A stretch of 64,000 bases of DNA from assembly GCA_951406725.2 (NCBI GenBank), contig OX597821.1:78430001-78494000 (forward strand). Reading direction: 5' to 3'. Each line of letters starts with the position of its first letter. Position 1 is the stretch's first letter. The notes below the pieces were generated by a model. The model did not search any database and was not told the origin of the DNA. It worked only from the letters and a program-made list of their open reading frames with translations. This document shows positions 1 through 13,816 of this stretch, piece by piece. Position numbers and translations under genes: made by a program. The DNA comes from Octopus vulgaris. Taxonomy: Eukaryota.

Positions 1-1120
1 CCTATACCGCAGATCTGTCGGTGATGCCTTCGTCTTCACTAAATCCAGGGACACGACGATCAGGATCCACAGCATCTTTAACAGCCTGCCCCTGAATATT
101 CAATTCAACATTGAACTTCCAGCCAAAAATGGCTGGCTGGGCCTCTTGGACTTCAACATTGCCTTCACATTGGGCCTTCGAGAAAGTGGCGAAGAAAATC
201 ATCTTCCTCCATTCGCATTCAGCATATCCACATTCGTAGAGACATAACGTGGCCGTTAATGAGTTCAAACACCGAATAAACAGATGCGACGATGCTGATA
301 TGAAATACGATGTAAGCACAAATTTCGTCAGGGTTACTGTACAGTAGAGGATACAGATCTAGATTGGTCGGGAAAGCGTGTAAAACACTAAACACGAGCA
401 CAACGAGAACCAAGATACCACGACAAGACCGCCACCACCAACAACAGCAGTAGCGCCGACAGCAGCAAGAACGGCAACAACAGCAGCGACAACAACAGCG
501 GCAACAACAACGACGACCGAAGAACCTATGGTGTTAATAATTATAATAACAACGATGACAACAACAACAACACCCACAAGGTGATTCTGCAAATAGTAAT
601 AACAACAGCGAGAACAAGAGGAGGTAAAAGGTAAGAAGAAGAACAACTGTGACAGCTGCAGTAACAACGACAACGATTACGACAACAGGAACAAGAACGC
701 CGACAACAACACAAACACCAATAACATCAACAAAAACAACAGCGTCGACAGCAACGCCATCATCAGCAGCAGCAGCAACAGCAACAACAACAGCAACAAC
801 AAAAACACCACCAACATCAGTAGTTATAACTTCAACTTCAACAACGATCGAAGTTATGAGAAAAATATACAGGAAGAAAGAGGGAAACGAAAAAGTAATA
901 AATGGTTATAAATATCAACCTTCCATACTATGGAGGACAAGTAGAGAACAAGATAAGGAACAGCGTCAAAAGATCGGGGCTCCCTGTCAGAATCACGGGG
1001 CTAGGCCCCACCCTCAGATGCTACCTCTCCCACCATAGCAACACACAGGACACATTATGTCTGAACAAGTGTTGGGCCCATCAAAGGAAAACAGTCAACG
1101 ATCAGCGTCCGGCTATGTTT
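1..1120 (+). mobile_element. Degenerate Penelope-like element: RT C-terminus, thumb and linker, interrupted by an (ACA/GCA)n tract
   Basis: Frame +2 from base 2 reads LYRRSVGDAFVF...IHSIFNSLPLNIQFNIELPAKNGWLGLLDF, a decayed RYVDD / FN..HP.I.FT.E / L.FLD pattern of PLE RTs. ORF 902-1123 (INLPYYGGQVENKIRNSVKRSGLPVRI) resembles the PLE linker. Confidence 0.7.
400..850. repeat. Imperfect (ACA/GCA)n trinucleotide tract
   Basis: Seen directly; produces the poly-T/V/A ORFs 359-673 and 649-1038. Confidence 0.9.
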
Positions 1121-1931
1121 TGAAACTCACTTATGCTGTAATATACGGTGTCTAGGACATTTATCTCCCCTGAACAATAAAAGAAAGTCAATTACACCTG
1201 AGGACAACAGATGAAGATTTAAAACTTCTTAATATATTGGAGCACATTTCCTCAGCAAAATGGCGCTCGGCCTCAATAGTCTGCAAATTCTCTTTCTGCC
1301 CCCAGAGCGTTTGACCGACGCCAGCAATAACCACTTTTGAACGTCCAATGAATGATTATAGATCCAAAAGCACAGACATATGTTAACTTATACTTAATTC
1401 AAAAACTATCAACAACGATATATATAGACCACATGTCACCAGGAGGTCACATCTATCTGTCCCTCTCTCCCTCTCTCCCTCTGTCCCTCTCTCTCTCTTA
1501 AAGCCATCAGGCGTTAGCAATTTCTCTATATCACTACAGAGATTTTGGGAGTATTTTTCAAATTTTGTGGAATTTAAAACGCGGACTTCCGAGTTTCCTC
1601 TCACTCCATGTAATCTATTAAAATCTCACCCCTTCACACTGACTCAACTTTTCATTTCTTACTATTTTTGCATCTCTTCAATTGTACTTTTAGTTATCAC
1701 TTTTCCTTGCTCGTTTTTCGCTTCTCAATCGCTCATTGCTAATTTCTGAGTTGTCACTTTCTACTACATGTTCATTCCTCCTGTCATGTTCAGGATTGCC
1801 TTAACTTATACTAACTTCTCTTAACTTCTCACAGCTTAGCGTTTCCTGTTTAATTCTGACACTACACGCCACTCTCTCCTTCCAACTTCTTAAACCTCAC
1901 CTCCAAACGGCTTTAACCTGTTGTCTCTGTG

Positions 1932-2044
<113 letters not shown>

Positions 2045-4148
2045 GGTGTGTGTGTGTGTGTAAGTATGTATGTATATATACTACACAGGGAATGTCTGTT
2101 ACCATCTTGCAGCCTACATCAGTGGACCAGTCTTGAATCTGGCCAAACATAAAATTATAGGCTAATTGGATTTCAGTAAAAATTTATAGTGGTCCCTCTA
2201 GGGGGTTTCGGCTATGATATGATGGAATGAGAAGGGTACAAAGAATGTTAGTGTGTGGTAAATGTAGTCGCATAATAAGAGTGATTGATATCAGGGAAGA
2301 GAAGTACAGAGTTTTGTACGCGAAAATATGGAGAGCAATTAAACGGTAACGTTAATACAGCTGTCATATACACGTGACGCTGCATACATACTTTCAGAAA
2401 TCCATAGATACAAGCACACACACAGATACATACACGCATACGCGCGCGCGCACACACACGTACGCAAACACACATACACACAAGTAACTTTTAAGACGCC
2501 GAGGAAGAGTAAAGTATGTGTGAAGAATACGTAGATTTAAGGAGAGAGGTGGTAAATGAGTTTTCTGCTATCCATCGCAAAAAAAGACTCACACATAGAC
2601 ACACACATACACCATTTAAAACCTGTGTGAACGTTTGTAAATGTGTGTATGTGTGTGATTGTGTCACATCCTATAACTACCAGTCCTTTTACTTTTGTTG
2701 GGCCTTCTCTGTTGCTGTCATATATTCTGAAATTTTAAAATTACGTCAAGTTTCAAATTTGGCATATTGAAAATCTTTTCCACGTTAAATCCGATTGTGT
2801 TATGTAGAGTCTTCCCTGTTGCTGTCATATATTCTGACATAAAGATTACAGAAAAAATATTATTGATGTTTAAAGTTTAATTAATTTTACCTCATCAAAA
2901 CACAGGATTTGGAAGCTGGCATTTTCTGCATGATAACAGCCTATCACAAAATGAAATCAAAATCACTACGAGGAGGCAATTTTTATTTAATAAAGGAAAG
3001 CAAAGCATTACGACGATGAAAGTTATGGGGACCTCTGAAGTTTTAGTAAGTTTTAATGAATAAATTATGTGAAACGACCGAACAGATATGTAAATAATTT
3101 TAAAAGGAAAAAAAAACTTAATGCTTTCGATAGTAAACCTACAATAATTAAATTATATACTACATAGCGATCAATCTTTAAGTCCATACAAATAATAATC
3201 CCACCAGGTTTCCTCCCCGACCAGGCTGTATGCCTCCCGTAGGCAAAGCTCCAGCTCCAGGTCAGGGCCCCAGAAGGCGAACCTAAATTGTTCCTTCGGG
3301 AAGGAGTCCAACACCCTGAACATATCGACTTCCGATCTGAACTCCATAGTCACCTGCAGAGGCCAATCTGGGTCTTCAGTTCAGGGCAAGGGCTTCTCCC
3401 TCCGGCACTCTAAGTTCCTTAAGGAGCTCTGTAATGTCCCTCCCTTATGGAAGATAACAAAATCATCTCTCATCGCTCTGGGAGGGTCCAGAGTTTCCTG
3501 TCGGTGGTACACCTCCCATCGACAAAGTTTCAGGTCATGCCGGCAGTGTGCCGTCAACCGCCTGTAAGCAAGATACTTGCCACACATGCACCCCTGTGCC
3601 GCATCATATTTTTATGAAAAATTTAAAATCCCAACAAATTTCAAAATAATCTGAATCGACACCATATTTACACCATTTGAAGCGTATTTGTAGAACATTT
3701 TATTTACAAATATCCATGTTTTTAAAAGTTATAAGGAAAGAAATTCGTTGAGTCACAGAGATGTAGATATTCTTCAGTTAACTGCGGCTGGTTACTCTAT
3801 ATCATTGCGCATGCAATACAAAAAAAATCTGTAGTAGATATGCATAATTTTAAATAATGATAGTAGATATATAATTGAATGGACAGCTGAACTCTACAAG
3901 GTTTTTTCGCTCTCCGTTTCTCTTTTGATTCTCTCAATTTCTTTTGCTCTTATACCTTTCTGTCGAAGAGCTTAGAATTGGAACTTAAAATACATTTCCA
4001 TGTTTCCCGAGCGTTAAACTAATACACCTACTTGTTGTTCTTATAGCTCACTTCGTCTTTTTTTTCTTTAAATTTGAACTCTCTGTGTGTGTCTCTGTTT
4101 CTATCTATATGCCTGTCATCTATCTATCTATCTATCTATCTATCTATA

Positions 4149-4209
<61 letters not shown>

Positions 4210-4269
4210 ATCTATCTATCTATCTATCTAATAGATAATCATTGTTGACTGCATTGTTATAGATGAAAC

Positions 4270-4460
4270 ATGGGGGGGCGAAAGGTTCCTGGCTTTACGG
4301 GTATCACGAAAGGGCCGGTTGGGGGTCCATTCATCGGACTTCTTTTGCAGGGCTTAAAAACCTAGAGGACGACTCTGAAAAGTGTGTGAATCTGAGATGT
4401 GTGTGTTTTTGTGAGTTGTAGGCTTTTTGTGTGCATATGTGTGTACGTTTGTACACAAAA
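4270..4460 (+). mobile_element. Short mariner-like remnant
   Basis: GGGGGGCGAAAGGTTCCTGGCTT end and GAAAAGTGTGTGAATCTGAG, resembling the mariner C-terminal W.KC region. Confidence 0.3.
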
Positions 4461-4708
4461 TAGTATACTAGGGTATGGTCATATTTTTGCCAGTTAACCA
4501 TATGCACTATATCCTTGGTTTTCACTTCGGCCTTATTATTATACTCATTTTAGCGTCCTTAGAACTCGTCCATCACACAACCCGTGACCGCTTCCGCTAC
4601 TCTCCCTCCCACAACCCTGCTGCTGTTTTCAGAATAGGAGAAAACAAACGATTTCAAATTAGGAACCTTGCAAAACAAATACATGGGCGGATGTATGTAT
4701 AGAAACAC

Positions 4709-4769
<61 letters not shown>

Positions 4770-5030
4770 TTCTACAACACCTCTAGGGAAACATACAAGG
4801 ATAAACTCACGGTTTGTACACAACAAAATGAACATAATGACTGTAAAAGGAATTCTCGTGGGTGCAAAGAACAATTATTCACAAGTAACACGATTTTAGA
4901 GAAGTGCCGGAGCAAAAAGAAGAACCTGAGCATGGTATGGATTTACTACAGGAAAGCATTTGCTAGCGTCGCGCATAATTGGCTGCTCAAGACCCTTGAG
5001 ATATACAAGATCTCTCCTGTCACAAGCACA
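4770..5030 (+). mobile_element. R4/Dong-like RT fragment
   Basis: ORF 4668-5102 contains CKRNSRGCKEQL...KKKNLSMVWIYYRKAFASVAHNWL (decayed D..KAFD.V.H.WL motif). Confidence 0.7.
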
Positions 5031-5287
5031 AACATACACACGTACACACACACACACACACCAACAAACAGATTTTCCGAATGGAAAGTGTTTGCTCTTT
5101 AAAAAGGGCATCATTTCATCTAAACCTACATGGCTTAAGCTCCATATCGATGAAATTTCCAAGAATTTGTTAATTTGTGTTAGTAATGGTATTTATCGAT
5201 GGTTATTCTACGACATTAGTGCTTAAAGGTTATGAAGTTCCAGTTGTCGCTGTCGATGTTTACATCTATCCAACACAGAAGATCAGA

Positions 5288-5326
<39 letters not shown>

Positions 5327-5384
5327 TATATATATATATATTTATATATATATATATGTAATATATATATTTTCAATATGTGAC

Positions 5385-5578
5385 CGCGTGTGTATCGTTG
5401 GCGATTTTCATTCTCCGTCCTCCCTTCTTTGGACTTTTTCTATATTTCTGTTGAAGAACTCCGCGCGAAACGTGAAATCCTCTTTCCTTTCTTTCCTTTC
5501 CAGAGCGTCCAATAACACTGTACTTATTCCACGTCCACAGGTTGTTGTTTTTTCTTGCTTGTTCATGTTTGAATTGAT
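5385..5578 (+). repeat. About 190-bp interspersed repeat with a decayed hammerhead-like core; second copy 14378-14578, more distant copy about 3900-4080
   Basis: Shared CGCGTGTGTA..GCGATTTT..CTCCGTC..CCCTTC.TTGGA...GAGCGTCCAATAACACT.TACTT.TTCCACGTCC between the copies. Confidence 0.8.
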
Positions 5579-5941
5579 ATATATATATATATATATATAT
5601 ATATCAACAATTGAGGGTAAAATTAATTAATTATTAATCAATTTCCGAATCTTCGAAAGGGTATGTTCTTACTTTCAGTGTTTCCAAATCCAAACCAAGG
5701 AATTTCTGAGCTGAAGATAGAAATGTTGTTTTGACTAATCTTGAAACGTACGTACTCAAATAACCTTAGCATTTGATTTTTTGATGTCCTTACCCCCAAA
5801 CTTTTGTGAGTTGAATTAAGCAAGCACTATATATGAGAGAGATTTTCTTTAAGTATTAGAAATAGCTTTAAAAAAGTTTTTTAGCTGCTATTTCTAATGA
5901 GTTCAGTATGCGGCGAAGTAATTTATTTTACTAAGCCCTTT

Positions 5942-5994
<53 letters not shown>

Positions 5995-6003
<9 letters not shown>

Positions 6004-6575
6004 TATATAGAGGGTACTACTATTCATAGATACCGCACGCTAGGAGGGACCCTTGCGGTCAAAACTACTAAAAATAAACAAATTGTACCGAATGCAAAAC
6101 TTCAAAGCAAGTCACTTAAAAAAGGAATTTAGTTACATATCACCTGTGATTTCGCAATTAATGCTCATCAGTGCAACAAACTCAAGACATATAAGAAAAA
6201 AACATAACATTACAAACCCGACAGCCAACCGTAGAATTCGTCGTAGCATGTGCGAATGTTTATCTTTACATATCTATGAAAATGGCGGGCTTATTCGCAG
6301 TGCATTTCGGTAACTAATTGCTGACTCGGAACAAAAATTCAGTATTGAACTATTCCGGTGAAAAATATAAATTTAAAATTGAGGATAAAATCTTTATAAG
6401 AAATTATCAGTAGTTAGCGTGAAAAACCTCGTAAGGGAAAAAATCCGTAAATGTTTCCACTTTGAAAATATTTATTTATATTATATAGAGGGTACTACTA
6501 TTCATAGATACCGCTCGCTAGGAGGGACCCTTGCGGTCAAAACTACTAAAAATAAACAAATTGTACCGAATGCAA
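5995..6575 (-). mobile_element. Retrozyme-like or PLE pLTR-like unit: 478-bp period, 103-bp terminal direct repeats, one hammerhead, embedded in (TA)n
   Basis: 5995-6097 equals 6473-6575 with one mismatch; (TA)n on both sides; hammerhead at 6125-6183. Confidence 0.7.
6125..6183 (-). ncRNA. Type I hammerhead ribozyme, intact core
   Basis: Minus strand: GAGUUU GUUGCA CUGAUGA GCA-UUAAU-UGC GAA AUCA-CAGG-UGAU A^ UGUAAC U AAAUUC. Core nucleotides and helices I-III all present; cleavage triplet AUA. Confidence 0.85.
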
Positions 6576-6581
6576 TTTTAA

Positions 6582-6625
<44 letters not shown>

Positions 6626-8364
6626 TGAAGATATTTTTTCATGAAGACTGCACATCATGCTAGTCTTTAAAATGTGATCATCACATATTCTTTGCTTTAC
6701 AATAACTGGAAATTCTTTTCCAAACACGCTTAAGTATAGAAATCCAAAAGACTATCAAATCAAAATTCTTACATGTTGCAGAATTGACCGTAATATCTGA
6801 GATGGTACACTTCAATTACACAGAATATATAGAGATATCACTGGAAAATTTCTATTAGGTCTACGAGTATTCTGCATAAACACCACGTAGTTAAATGTAG
6901 GCTATCATAATACAATGAGCAAAACAATAGTTAATGCGCTCGTGCTGAATATGCTTTATTAAAGAGATTTGATAATACAGAAACATACGCTTATTGTGAC
7001 TCAGACTCATACCTTGTTACATGGTACAATTTATGTTTTAATATATTATTTCGGAGTTTACTCTCTTATCTGTCTCGCTAAGGAATTGACATTAATGCTA
7101 ATGGTTTTTGTACAAATTACGAGTGCAGTTTCAGTCAAGAAATAACATTTGTAGACGCTACGTTGTGTATGTTAATATCTACGAGAGCGCCTAACCTCTT
7201 AGCAGTTTTTCAAACTATTAGAAATTACCTCCAATATTTATTTTATATATTTCACACTTTTAGATTAATACATTTGTTTAATGTGGTTTCCATTGAACAC
7301 TGTCCCAAACAAGGTGATAATGGCTACAATTTCTTTGATAAAATGGCTACTCAATGGCTCCTCAATCAAGGCTCATTGAAACCTATGGGTACATAACAAC
7401 AACATCATTTCTAGACTCCTAAGCTTCCAAGCTCCGTATCTTCTGTTACACTGACACTCCTCCTAATCTTCAGGTTGTACCCCCATCTAATCTATCTTTT
7501 GTACGTTATTTCAGAAAACCATTTAGAATTTTAATTCTGCAATTTCTGTTTCCTCTACATTTAACTAGTAATACGATGAAAGTTTGCAGGATAGATCAAT
7601 ATAGATAAAAACATCGAAGCTAAATTAATATGTGATCTCGGCCATATCCGAACGCACAATGCAGGATTACAATAAATACTCTACAGATGTTTGTTCGCTA
7701 ATTAACATGAGAATTTGTGGCATCTATGCCTTTCTCGGGGGGAGGGTTCATTATCAATATTTTATTCGAACGAAAATATAAAACATGTCATGGCCTTCCC
7801 CAATCAATTCTCAACCTCCTATGTGTTATCGATATCATTGATCATAATTTGTCTAGAGCAAAATTAAAAATTAAACAAATTGAAAACCATCAATATAACA
7901 CAAGGTTAAGGTATAGCTCTTTTGTTCACCGAGCGCATAAATGTATGTAACCTGTGTCAAGTAGTTTATTTGCGTAGGTCGGTGGATAGAAGTGGAAACA
8001 GACTAGAAAAGGAAACTTATCTTAAAACTGATATCAAAGCATTCTGGAGAGAAAAAATTCAGCAGCATACGACCGCAAGTTTAAGAACGTGTTGAAGAAA
8101 GCTGAAATAGTCTGACGACAGCATCTAGAGTTAGAGGGGAAGTAAGTTCGAGTTGCTCACCTATCATTAAAACGTTGGAAAACATCTGACGATATCGTGT
8201 TTTAATCCGTCGTCTGATTTCCTGAATTGTCAGAACTAAAAGATAAAAAACTAATCTTGTTTATCGAAACTGGAAAACGCAGAAGATATTGTTTCCTGTA
8301 AGACACTTCTGACTGATCAAATTTCAAGGAAAAGTGAAGCTGAATTAGCAACTCCGTAACAGAC

Positions 8365-8377
8365 ATGAAACTTAAAG
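8365..8377 (+). CDS. PAN-domain gene, coding exon 1 (MKLK+G)
   Basis: ATG AAA CTT AAA G|GTAAGT consensus donor; upstream in-frame TGA at 8341; phase 1 matches the exon 2 start (G+GA = Gly, then ATG in frame). Confidence 0.6.
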
Positions 8378-8699
8378 GTAAGTGAATTCATTTTATTAGG
8401 AATCAAATGAGTGATAGTAACCGCAAATGTTACATAATTCTGTGTTGAAAAATACTGTAACTGATATGTTTTTTTTCACATTTGATTTTATCATGTACAT
8501 TCTTATTTCGAATCCTACTGTGGCAAAGTTTTCTTTTCTTTTTGTCTGTCTCCCGTGTTGCTGCGGTTTATTCTAGAAACCATTATTAATTTGATAAAGG
8601 GTACTAGATGTGACAATCACTCAGTATCTCAAACGGAAGGCCACGATTTAGTCTGTATTCGACTCTACACTTCATGTTAAATGAGATGATAATAAAGCC

Positions 8700-9335
<636 letters not shown>

Positions 9336-9554
9336 AATAAAAAGTCAAGTAATATATGGGGAGTCTATCCAATCGATTAAGTATATTTATACTTTAGAAT
9401 AGTGTGTCTTTTTTAATTATATAAGAAATTATTATCCAATCTAATTAACGAGCAATGTATAAGCATACTAACTGAAATTCTTGACGTCAGTAACAGCAAT
9501 AGTACAACATTGTTGAAACAAATTATCCCAAAATTATGAAAAGAGCGTAAATAT

Positions 9555-9770
9555 TTCTTCTGAGCGTAATCAACTCTCTAGGCGTGAGAGATATGCAATA
9601 ATATACATATGGAAAATCCTAGAAGGGCTAGTGTTATACAAATGCCAAAACTGGCCGCCATTTTATTGTACCAAATGTACCATCCACTCTTCTAAATTCA
9701 GGACCAAGTATTGCAATAGTCTAGGGTTCAAAGCCCACAGCTATTCAATACCCTGCCACAAAAATTAAGT
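9555..9770 (+). mobile_element. CR1-group LINE 3' fragment
   Basis: Encodes RRERYAIIYIWKILEGLV, matching RRRERYAIIYIWKILEG in the LINE ORF at 59846-60691. Confidence 0.75.
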
Positions 9771-9889
9771 TACTATAATTTTTTCTGCGGAAATCTGTTT
9801 TGAATTTCGTTTTCGCTGGTAATTTTGTGTTCAACTCCATACACGATTTTTTTTTTGACTGATAGTGTATATAACAGGATCGAGCAACC

Positions 9890-10592
9890 ATAAAAGGAAA
9901 CGCCACCGCAAGTCAGTTGGCTTATAGTTCGCTTCTACCCTTCTCCCCAAACGTCCGCACATACGTAGATAAGATTTTTCTTAGGTTGGTTGATAAGCCT
10001 TTCATGCGATCACAAATATTGAAAGATCTTTAACAGACATAATTTAAGTATCTCTTTCAGTTGTGCACCCAATGTTAAGAAAAATTACTTAGCATAGCAC
10101 TCCTAAACCACGGATAGACGCAGGTTGTTCATGCGGGATTAGAAATGAATGCCGAGTGGATGGCCGGTGTAACACCGAGGCTACTGTGTACCAAGCAAGG
10201 ATAACCCCAAAAGGGAGCAGCACAAATATCAGTAACATCAATGTCAACAGAGGAACACACACTAAACTTTATGTCGGATCTTGTGAAACCAAATTCCAAA
10301 TTCGCTTGAACAACCACAGATCTTCTTTCAGGGCGCCGGAGAGACGCAACAACATTCGCAGCATACGTATGTCGCCTAAAAACGAACATACGCCCTTTAA
10401 CATCAGGTGAAAATTGCTAGAAACTTGTGGACCCTATCGTAATGGTACAAGACTATGTAAATTATGTATGGATGAAAAATATATAATCCTTATGAACCTA
10501 CATGAGCCAGGAACCCAGATGAACTCTAGGACAGAAGCCGTAGGGAGTTGTCCACATTTTCGGACATTTTTACTTCAAAATTGGCAAACATA
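9890..10592 (+). mobile_element. Penelope-like element 3' part with a GIY-YIG endonuclease (degenerate)
   Basis: CRVDGRCNTEATVYQARI...LYVGSCETKFQIRLNNHRSSF, then CKLCMDEKYII...MNSRTEAVGSCPH; upstream KIFNRHNLSISFSCAPN linker. Confidence 0.85.
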
Positions 10593-10599
10593 GCTATCG

Positions 10600-12330
10600 T
10601 TCTTGTTAATTATTTTATCTGTAACGGTGTTGAAAGTTGTGGTAGAATTCTGGATAGTGTTAGTAAGATAGGTTGGGTTATGGTTGTGGTCTAACGTATG
10701 GGTTTCAATACTGGAGCTCTGTATATATTGGGTGCTTCTGTATTCAGAGTTGCTATAGTGTGAATTTTGATAGTTGAGAGAAAGCTTTTGTTTATTAGAG
10801 GCTGCTATGATAGGTTCGAGGTTGGGTTGGAATGCAAGAGGATAGCTTCAGGGTGGATCTATTTAAGATAGAGTAATATTTATGTTGACGAGGGACGTTG
10901 GAATCCAGTATATTAACGAAGGATTTAGCTAAGTTCTTAAAATTTCCTGAGAAGGGGTTGTATACCATAAAATAGAGCGTCCACCACTCTCTTTTCAATG
11001 CTTAGTGGTAGTGCTAGCTACATTTTGGAAAATGGAGGAGGTAGCATGTTAGCTGTTTTAGCTGTTTTAACTTTTGATCTCGTGTTATATGTGTGCGTGT
11101 GAGGTTGTCTTAATGCGGATTCTCCCGGGGTTCTAGCATAGTGTAAGTGTGCTCCGTTGTGATTCTGATGGTTGGTATGTCATTGTGATGTGATTTGAGG
11201 ATATATGTTGCTTGAACCCAGTATTAAGGATGTATTTTATTTGTTGGAAGTCGCTAGAAGTGAGCAGCGCTTGGTTGCAATATGGTGCGTGGTTATTGAA
11301 TATTTCCTCAGTGGAAGAGTGGTCAGATATACGGATCGATATATCCTTGACTATGTTATCCAAGGTGAATTTGTGGTGACTGGAATGAATGTTTAGGTAT
11401 TTAAGGCATTGGTTAGGTTTGTGATAAGGGGAGTATTGGGAAGTTTCTTAGTTTAAAGTTACGTCTAACAAGTTAGTAATTTTGTGGGAATTTTCAAAAG
11501 TAATGGACGGGTTTAGGCTAGAGAAAAATTTATCTAGATCGTTTCTAGCTCGTGTTAAAGAGAATTTATTTACGCTTTCGGTAACTAGTAAGGAGTCATC
11601 TCTATAGAGGCCTTTCTTAACGATAGGGAAATATATTTGGAGCTGGTGAAGTATGTACACTGCAATAGATTGGTGACCTGGTGAAGTCGGATGATCTCAC
11701 GTTAATGTCAAATGAATTACTATGGTTATTGGTATTGTTACGGTGATTGGCCCGGCGCCACAGTTTGTCCTCAAATGAAATAAGGGTTTTACGGGCATTA
11801 AGGATTATGTTAACTTCTAGTGGGGTAAGGTTAGTTACATTCCTAGCTAGGAGAGCTTGATTAAAAAGTTTGGGAGAAATAGAAGAGTAGTAATTATCAA
11901 TATTGAATTGTAGAAAAGAATAAGAGTTTTGTGATTTAAGAGATGAAACCATGTTATAACTTCCCTTGTACAGGACCATAAGTTGAAATATTGATATTAT
12001 TTTGTCCAAAATATTTTTGCTTATTCTTCCCAGGTCGGTTTTGGTGGGTCATATGAGGCGTATCGATGGTTTGGTTATAAAGTTTTCCTTAGGTCTTTGG
12101 GGTTGAAACCTAGAAGTGTAGGGTAGTATAGTTCTGTGCGGCCATCCTTGCAATAGTTATTATTGATGTTGTCAAGGGTGGATGCTGGTGCCAGCTTGTA
12201 AAATTTGCAGAGTTCCTTCTTTATGAATTTGTTGTATTCCTCGATGGTAATATGATATATTTCGTTTTATTGTACGTGAAAGTTATTTTTGAAAGAGGGA
12301 TTTATATTTGGAAAATTTAATGTTTCTAAT
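10600..12330 (-). mobile_element. Penelope-like element RT (degenerate, frameshifted)
   Basis: ORF fragments FLQFNIDNYYSSIS, GLYRDDSLLV, ITFENSHKITNLLDVTLN, ISIRISDHSSTEEIFNNHAPY, YNPFS..KYYSILNRSTLKLS. Confidence 0.85.
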
Positions 12331-12359
12331 CATCTAATCATATAAAGCATCTCACATCA

Positions 12360-12405
12360 TCTCTGATGAAGGGAAATCCATAATATCCCAGAAAAACCTA
12401 TAAGA
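12360..12405 (+). ncRNA. Degenerate minimal hammerhead motif next to a PLE
   Basis: UCU CUGAUGA AGGGA..UCCCA GAAA AACCUAUA AGA. Core intact, helix III damaged; same family as 40220-40267. Confidence 0.5.
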
Positions 12406-12481
12406 GTAAATCTATATCTTTTTCCTTATAAATGTCCTGAAAACTACCCACAGCTTTGGTTTTGTTATCTCATTCTGTCTA

Positions 12482-12516
<35 letters not shown>

Positions 12517-13816
12517 TACTGTACAATATGGCCTATTATTTTCTGCTGGGCTATGTGACTGCCTCTGCACCCTTGATTTGAATCCATAATGTATAAACAT
12601 GGAGTTCGCATGTCTTCTCGGTACATATCAAAGCTACATCATTAAGCATTTTTTAGTGATTCCATTGATACAGATGACAAATTAATTTACTTGCTCATTA
12701 AGAGGAAAACTTGAGTAAGGGTTTGGTTTTAATAGTCCATTTTAGCTGTAAGAAGTCCTGTCAGGAGTCATCTGTCTATGTATAAATGTGTAGCAAGTCA
12801 TAAAAATGTGGCAATATGACGTAATGGTCGTTTGCTCGAACAAGCATAATTGTTGGTAATCCCATTGGTTAAAATTACTGCCCATATTTGAATGCTAAAG
12901 TTTCGTCAAAGAGAATTCTTTCACGATAAAAGGTTCTTAGAATTCAGGTATGAGCAGTCATAAAATCCCTGATTTTGGGGAAATTTCTGTGTTCGTAGGA
13001 TGTTACGACGATATTGGCTATTTTTTATACCATGTCTATGATAAAAATTCAACAAGACTTATTTGAATTGCTGTGAACTCTAGTAGTTAGTATGAAGAAT
13101 TAGCTAGTGTGATTTCTAAGTCGTAATTCTCTACGACAAAATGACTTCACTTTCCAATTGTAGTATAAATACTAAATGTACATAAATAAACTAATGTAGT
13201 AATTATTTTCTCTTTCTCCATGTTCTTCAACTTGTTAATGCAATTTATTTCTGTAATTATGAAACTGTATTTTTATAGCGGTTAAAAGTACACTAATTTA
13301 TTTATGTTCAAAATACATGCACGCATAAAATGTCTGTTAGCGTTTCAGAGTATATATTTCTCGCTATGACATTTATGTAACTGGAGTCAGGATTTATGTA
13401 TAATGATAACACTTATAAGTAAGTTATAAATAACGTGTTTATCAATATATATTCCTACTTATAGGAAACATAAAAACAGTGTTACACAAACGGTAACAAA
13501 AAGCGACTATAAAAAGTGGTGAGCTCCGAACGTGATCTCGTTGATAAACAACCACATCATAAAAGTATAAACACTTGTGAAAAATATATAAAATTTTCAA
13601 TAGAAAGTAGATGACAGTTTCATTACACAAAATTTTATTAACAGAAATATTTAGCATTAAATGTTGAAGGAAAAAGAACGCTGAAGAAATAAACAATAAT
13701 AGTTATAAGAAGTTTAACTGCACTTTCTAGCAAATTAAAATTATATTTCATAGCTGTTGAAAGCAATATTTCAATAAGAGAAAAAATATTCTTTTTGAAA
13801 ATTATAATACATTTGA

